A stretch of DNA of 57,017 bases, counting the filler, from Catajapyx aquilonaris (Eukaryota): assembly GCA_000934665.2 (NCBI GenBank). It is 3 parts of 3 records of this genome, joined end to end, with 100 filler letters (N's around TTAATTAATTAA, not from the genome) between each part and the next. Parts side by side here need not be neighbours in the genome. Positions count along the whole stretch, not along the records: positions 38,089 to 57,017 come from JYFJ02006567.1; 2 more parts are not named here. One strand, given 5' to 3'. The notes under the pieces were generated by a model. It worked only from the letters and a program-made list of their open reading frames with translations, made no database searches and had not been told where the DNA came from. The translations under genes and the position numbers were made by a program. This document shows positions 51,640-57,017 of the stretch, in pieces (position 1 is the stretch's first letter; each line of letters starts with the position of its first letter).

Positions 51640-54600
51640 CTGCAAAAGAAAGAGAAACGGCATTCTGTGACTTCTGCTCGGCCTTGATGTAAATCTACGC
51701 GCCCGCAAAACCGACGGGGGTAAAAAGTATTCATAACCTAGGGCTGATTTATGGTTCTGCGCGCATAAATTCGATTCCTGTCCCCCCCTACCTGGGATTT
51801 TTCTCTGCCATTTCTGGCTTTGCTAGCATCGATTTTCTCTAGGGAACATACTTTAATCACGTTTTCGCGCTCTATTTGTGGTATTGTGCGTCAGACACCT
51901 GTTCGAAACCGCAGCCAAAACCCCCATTTACTTGAGGGTCCGCACTGCATGCAAATCAGGTCCGAGGCATAGATATACATGTACAAGTGTGGGTAGTGGG
52001 CACGCCCCTAAATTTAATGTGGCTTGGGTTAAAATTTATGAATCGCACACACTGGTCATTTCCTACATGAAAAGTATGCAAAGACACCAATTATTTTCTC
52101 AACTCCAAACCCAGACGGCACACATAAATACAGGGTAATCTCATTACATGTTAACACAGTGCTGGAAAAAATGCGCTTTAGAATGAAGCGATACTTGTCC
52201 AGGAATCCAATCAACTGGGTGCAAATCCGTAACGACACTTGTTAATTAACGCGAAGGGTCATTACGCCAAATCCACTAATGACATCGCAATGCCACCAAG
52301 ACAGACAAAAAATAGGATGGACAGTACATATCGGTTTCATAAAGCCCTGAATTTTTATTAGCTCCCATGTCGTAAAACCGCGTAAAACCCAGTTTTTTTT
52401 TTCAAGAGGTACGCCGCAAGGTTTGTTCATGATTTCCGTGTGATGGAAGGTACATGGCTGATAATGTCAAATCCCCGTGTCGATAGGCGTCGAAATAAAA
52501 GCCGATTACGCCCCCAGCAATTGACGGGGAAAGACGGACACGATCCGGAAGCATTTTCCGGGCACCAGTCCGGCACTAAAACCGGGGGGACGACGCGGCC
52601 GATGTTGATCTTGAATTTTAGAGCAGGTGTAAATTCGGGAAAACCGGGACCCTGCTGACGGCCCAGTTTTATATCAGCGTTTCGAGGGACGGCCGCTACT
52701 GCATCCGATCAAACTGCCCTGTGTCCATGAAAAAAACGAACACCCCACGAATTTCAATTGTATGGGACACGCCGTAAAAATACGTAATGACTGCCAACGA
52801 TGTGTTGAATTCAGACTTGAGTTGTCACTTGACATTTTTTGTGTGTCATTTTCTGACAGCCACACCTCTCTCTCTCTCTCCCTCCAAGTTGAGAATGTGT
52901 CTGGATTTTCCCTCAACAGATTTCTGGCCTGAAAGGATCCGATGCTTCATGGTTGATGGGAAAGGCGATATTGAATAAAACGGCGGAGATTCTCGCATCG
53001 AGTTCCATTTATTCCCCCGGAGGACGTTCTTTCTTTCCATCATTTTTTTCCACCCCCCTCCTCTTTTCCTTCTTTTTTTCCCTTGCAAGAAGGACGTGCC
53101 AGCATTTCATATCTACCCTTTTCCGAGCGTCCTTGAGAAAGAAATGGCATCAAGCAATACGTCTTTGAAGTACAGAGGAAAAGAAGGGTCCTCTCCACAA
53201 CATCTCGAGATGCTGCTGCGTGCTGATGCCAGTCCTACGCTCCTCTTCTTCTTTTTTTTTGTCAGAACCAAACCTGCCAGTTGTAAACTAATTCCCATGA
53301 GACATTATGTCGATTGGCCAACAAGAAAGTGCGCCATCAAATTTGTGGGGAGGAATGAAAAAAAGGAGAGGGTTGCATTTCAACAATGGTAATACTTGGC
53401 TGAAGCCAAGATTTCCAAGTCCCAAGGTCCAACCCTGTTGATATATTATAAGGGGCACTTTGAAGCGATTGGTTTTTTTTGGTGGGTGGAAGATTGGCTT
53501 TTCGCCTGTGCCTTGGGAGGACCATAAGCCAATGGTAATGAATGGAAAAGTCCACTTAGTTTATTCTGCACGAAATCCAGGAATCCAAGCGGAACGGTAG
53601 CTAATCAGAAAGACAAACATAATTAGCCAGTTAAGGTTCGAAAGAGGCGTGAATACCATTCTGAAGAAGAGGACTTGTTCGAACGAGAGAGAGAGAAAAA
53701 AAGTAGAGAAAGTGAACGTGAGACGAAAAATTACCGCAATTTAATTACTTCTCCCTCCGGAGAATTGCAGGCTCGGTTCCCTTTCAAGTCGTCCTATAAT
53801 TTTAAAGACCTGGTTACGCCTGGCCTATCACGCTCTTAAGATATACCAAGAATTTTCTCTCCTTCTCCACTCGAATACAGTGCAGGTTGAATCGTCCTCT
53901 TCTACGAACTAATTATCCGCTAATGGAACACTACAAAAGCCAAATAAGGAAAATGGGGGGTATCCGAACTGCCATCCTCCAAAGTGGGTCAGTTATTTTG
54001 GGAAAAATTTTAAAGCCAATGGCCTAAGAGCCACTGAAAAATAACAGTGCTAACTGCTATCGCTTTTAAGATTAGCGAATCAAACTTTGGTCCATCGCCA
54101 TGTGGAAACGGCTAATGAAACTGATCATTTAAAGCGCGATATTGGCCTGTCGCGTATTATAGTCTCCGAATTGCGAGTTGGCTTCAGGCTGTGTTACAAT
54201 GTATTTCAACTAGATCTGCATGACATTCGTACATGTCGATCCAACACTCGTGCAAAGATCATTCTGTTGCTATGCATAGGAAATATATAATATGGGTCCC
54301 AATCATGGCGACAGCTTGCGTCGTCGATCCGACAAAAAGAACCCCCGGTCTGTTACACAAGCACACGGAGAGGAAAATCTGATTCGAGCTTGATATTAGA
54401 CCCAGAATCATTTTTGCAACTCCGTAGGCACACTGTAACTGCCCCTGAAGCACTTCTCCTCTTGTTCTGACGCACACGAGTGAGACTGAAGAAAAAAAAC
54501 ACGAACTAGGAATGAAAGTACCTACCGAACCGGATCGCAGTAAAAAGAGAAGAAATGAACCCAAGTGAAATCATACCGTACAAAAGAAGTGCTCTTTTTT

Positions 54601-55865
54601 TCTTCTTCTTTCCTTTTCGAGCTAAGGAACGCATGTCCAATATTATTATATCCGAAGCTCGTTCCTAATTCCTAGCCTTTTCTCGTTTCTTGCGGCCAAG
54701 ACAGCACCGCTCGTTATTCCGATCGGGTTCCATTCCAAATCAGCCTTCCTTCGTTTTAATTGGAAACTTCAAGCACCCCCGGAGCGGCAATGCCCTATTT
54801 TACTTTGTGGGCACAGCCTGTCCTTTCTCCTTTGCAACTCCCTTGGAAAAGACTGCGCCGGAAGTTATATAGAATATGGTTTGAAGAGAGAGAGAGAGAG
54901 CGCGCGAGAGGAGGGGCTGGGCCGAGGCCATGCCTTGGCCCCCCTGCTATTCAGGGCACGTTTTGCAAGTGTACAAAGTTCCTTCAAACACCAGGCTGCT
55001 GGTGGGATAAGTCGCCGGGAGGCTCGAATCTGCAGCGCCACATCGTTTCCTCGTTGAAAAGAAAATGGCGAAAAGGGGGTGGTGCCTTTTCCCACCCCCC
55101 TCAAAACACCCCCTGCAGGCGAGCATAACAGCGCGGATTGGACGCAGTTAAAACCAGCGCTCTGGTTACAGTTACACTTCGGCATAAGGCAATCTAACGA
55201 TATTCGGCAGCGGAGAGTTTGCCCGTTTCTAGCCGTGAAATGGGGCTTCGGGAGCATCACTAATGGAAAGCCGGGCGTTTTCCGGCCGACTGGCAAAATG
55301 GCTGGAAAAGAGAGGAAGGGAGGCCAAGGCCTTGGGCACACAGCGGCCGTTCATTTCGCTTAGATCACGAGCCCCGAGCAACGATTACTATGTGAAATAA
55401 CCTTCACTCAACACCATGTGATGCTTTATTACGCCGCGCAGTCTAATGGGACAAGGACTCGAGGGATGAAAATATAGGCCTACAGGGTATTTGCATGGCG
55501 TCAGAGGACACTTTCAAAGTCATGTACTACACTACATGACATTTTGCTTTGCTGCAAATTGAGAATTCCGATAAAATAACATTGTAAGCGAAAATATCAA
55601 CGCCGCGTACATTTAAGCCTAACAATGGATAGCTGCTATTCTGCTGTAACTGTTTTCAAGAACCGTTACTTCTTGTAGTAGACGTTTTTAAGAACCGCTA
55701 TTTCGTGGTGTCCGCTTTTAAAAACTCATTGATAGACCAAATAAATTATATTGAAGGGTTCACCGCGATAACCAGGTATAAGGGAAGTGTGAGGCAAAAG
55801 GACACCTTAAGGAATTTTTTTTGCTCCAGTGGCCATGGTTTTGCAACTGGACAGTTGGTCTTGAC

Positions 55866-56151
55866 CAGCCCATGGACACTTATACTACGTTCTGGCGTTA
55901 TCACCTGCCGAGGCATTTTGCAGCGGCTGCTCACCTGAGACCGCCAGGAGACATTTAGGAGGACACGATAAGTGGCGACCCTACCGGATTAGTCCTCCCC
56001 TTTCGTACCTATAAAGTTCAGACTAATCCGGTAGGGTCGCCACTTATCGTGTCCTCCTAAATGTCTCCTGGCGGTCTCAGGTGAGCAGCCGCTGCAAAAC
56101 TCCTCGGCAGGGGGTGGGTGGGAGTGACCAGACCTTACTTATATGACCGTG
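55866..56151. mobile_element. Young fold-back element with 79-bp perfect inverted arms, flanked by a direct repeat
   Basis: Arms 55916-55994 and 56021-56099 are exact reverse complements (91 bp with 2 mismatches over 55904-56111), with a 26-nt loop. TGGTCTTGAC occurs as a direct repeat at 55856-55865 and 56150-56159. Confidence 0.75.
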
Positions 56152-57017
56152 GTCTTGACTTTAGTATTGTAGTTACCTTAGAATGTTCTGTATCTGTTCC
56201 TACTTGTTTGTTACACTGGTGTTAGTTGTTGAAGCAACATTAAATATTTTTCTGAAACAATGCAAGCCTGTCCGTTTGTTTCCGCCTGGGGGCATAGGAC
56301 GCCTGCATGTATACTGTACATGAAAAAATATACGGTACATTTTTACAGAACGTGGAATTTAATGGCGAAGAGTGTTGCGGGGCACCGAAAATGTCTTTGC
56401 AGCTGATAGCTCGGTCCATATATTTTCGGTATCCCACGAACATCGAGTAGAGGAAAGTTTCCGATTTCGCACTGCTTTGCAAGAATTGGCAAGAATGGCA
56501 CGTCAAAACTAATTATCTCACTATATACACACCAGGGATATGTCAAATTAAGTGTACCTAGTCTATTGGACATTTAATTTTCCTTCAAAATTTTAAAGTG
56601 TCAATTACCCCTTTGTACTTGGAGCATGTCCGTTTGTCCCCAAAGTGAGTAACGTGAGTAATATTAGGAGTTACAGCAACAAAAGGCGTCTGCTGACCGA
56701 AATAACATCGTGACAGTTTCACCAGCAGGAAAGTGGCTTACGAACTGACAATGTGCCATGGTTCTGAAACCACCCTAATAATCACTACATCCCTGTCTTT
56801 ACATCACAAAAATAACTATGCGTGACTTTTGGAATGCTATAGAGTATAGAAGTCTTGCATACACTACTTCAGATGGTCCTGGAATCCGATGAGTACTGGC
56901 TACTGGCGAATATATTTCTGATTGTACTTGCCCTGATCTGAAAATATTGGGACACCCCCAAAAAATGGAGTGGTGGGGTTATACACAGGATGTGATAAAA
57001 AGTTTCCATTAAGATTA

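Overview
Eukaryotic DNA, most likely an insect or other arthropod (short GT-AG introns, odorant-binding-protein-like genes, a dpr Ig gene, TTAGG tract). Three contig blocks are joined by artificial 100-bp N/TTAATTAATTAA spacers (18946-19045, 37989-38088). Block 1 holds a 5'-truncated CFAP70/TTC18-like ciliary TPR gene with a very large Lys-rich insertion, a convergent synaptotagmin-15-like gene, and about 10 kb of repeat/relic DNA ending in a Helitron 3' end. Block 2 holds a tandem array of seven small secreted OBP-like genes, all on the minus strand, mostly invisible in the ORF track because of short exons. They share an unusual compact 8-Cys scaffold (10 Cys in two copies) and an invariant 36-nt C-X3-C microexon. 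The array is interrupted by an opposite-strand BBOF1/CCDC176-like ciliary gene. Block 3 holds the 3' exons of a dpr9-like Ig-superfamily gene in very large introns. Four copies of a roughly 350-bp fold-back MITE (CAGGGAGC termini, 7-bp TSD) and several other hairpin elements are scattered across the window. All gene models were spliced by hand, and family assignments rest on remembered motifs, not database searches.
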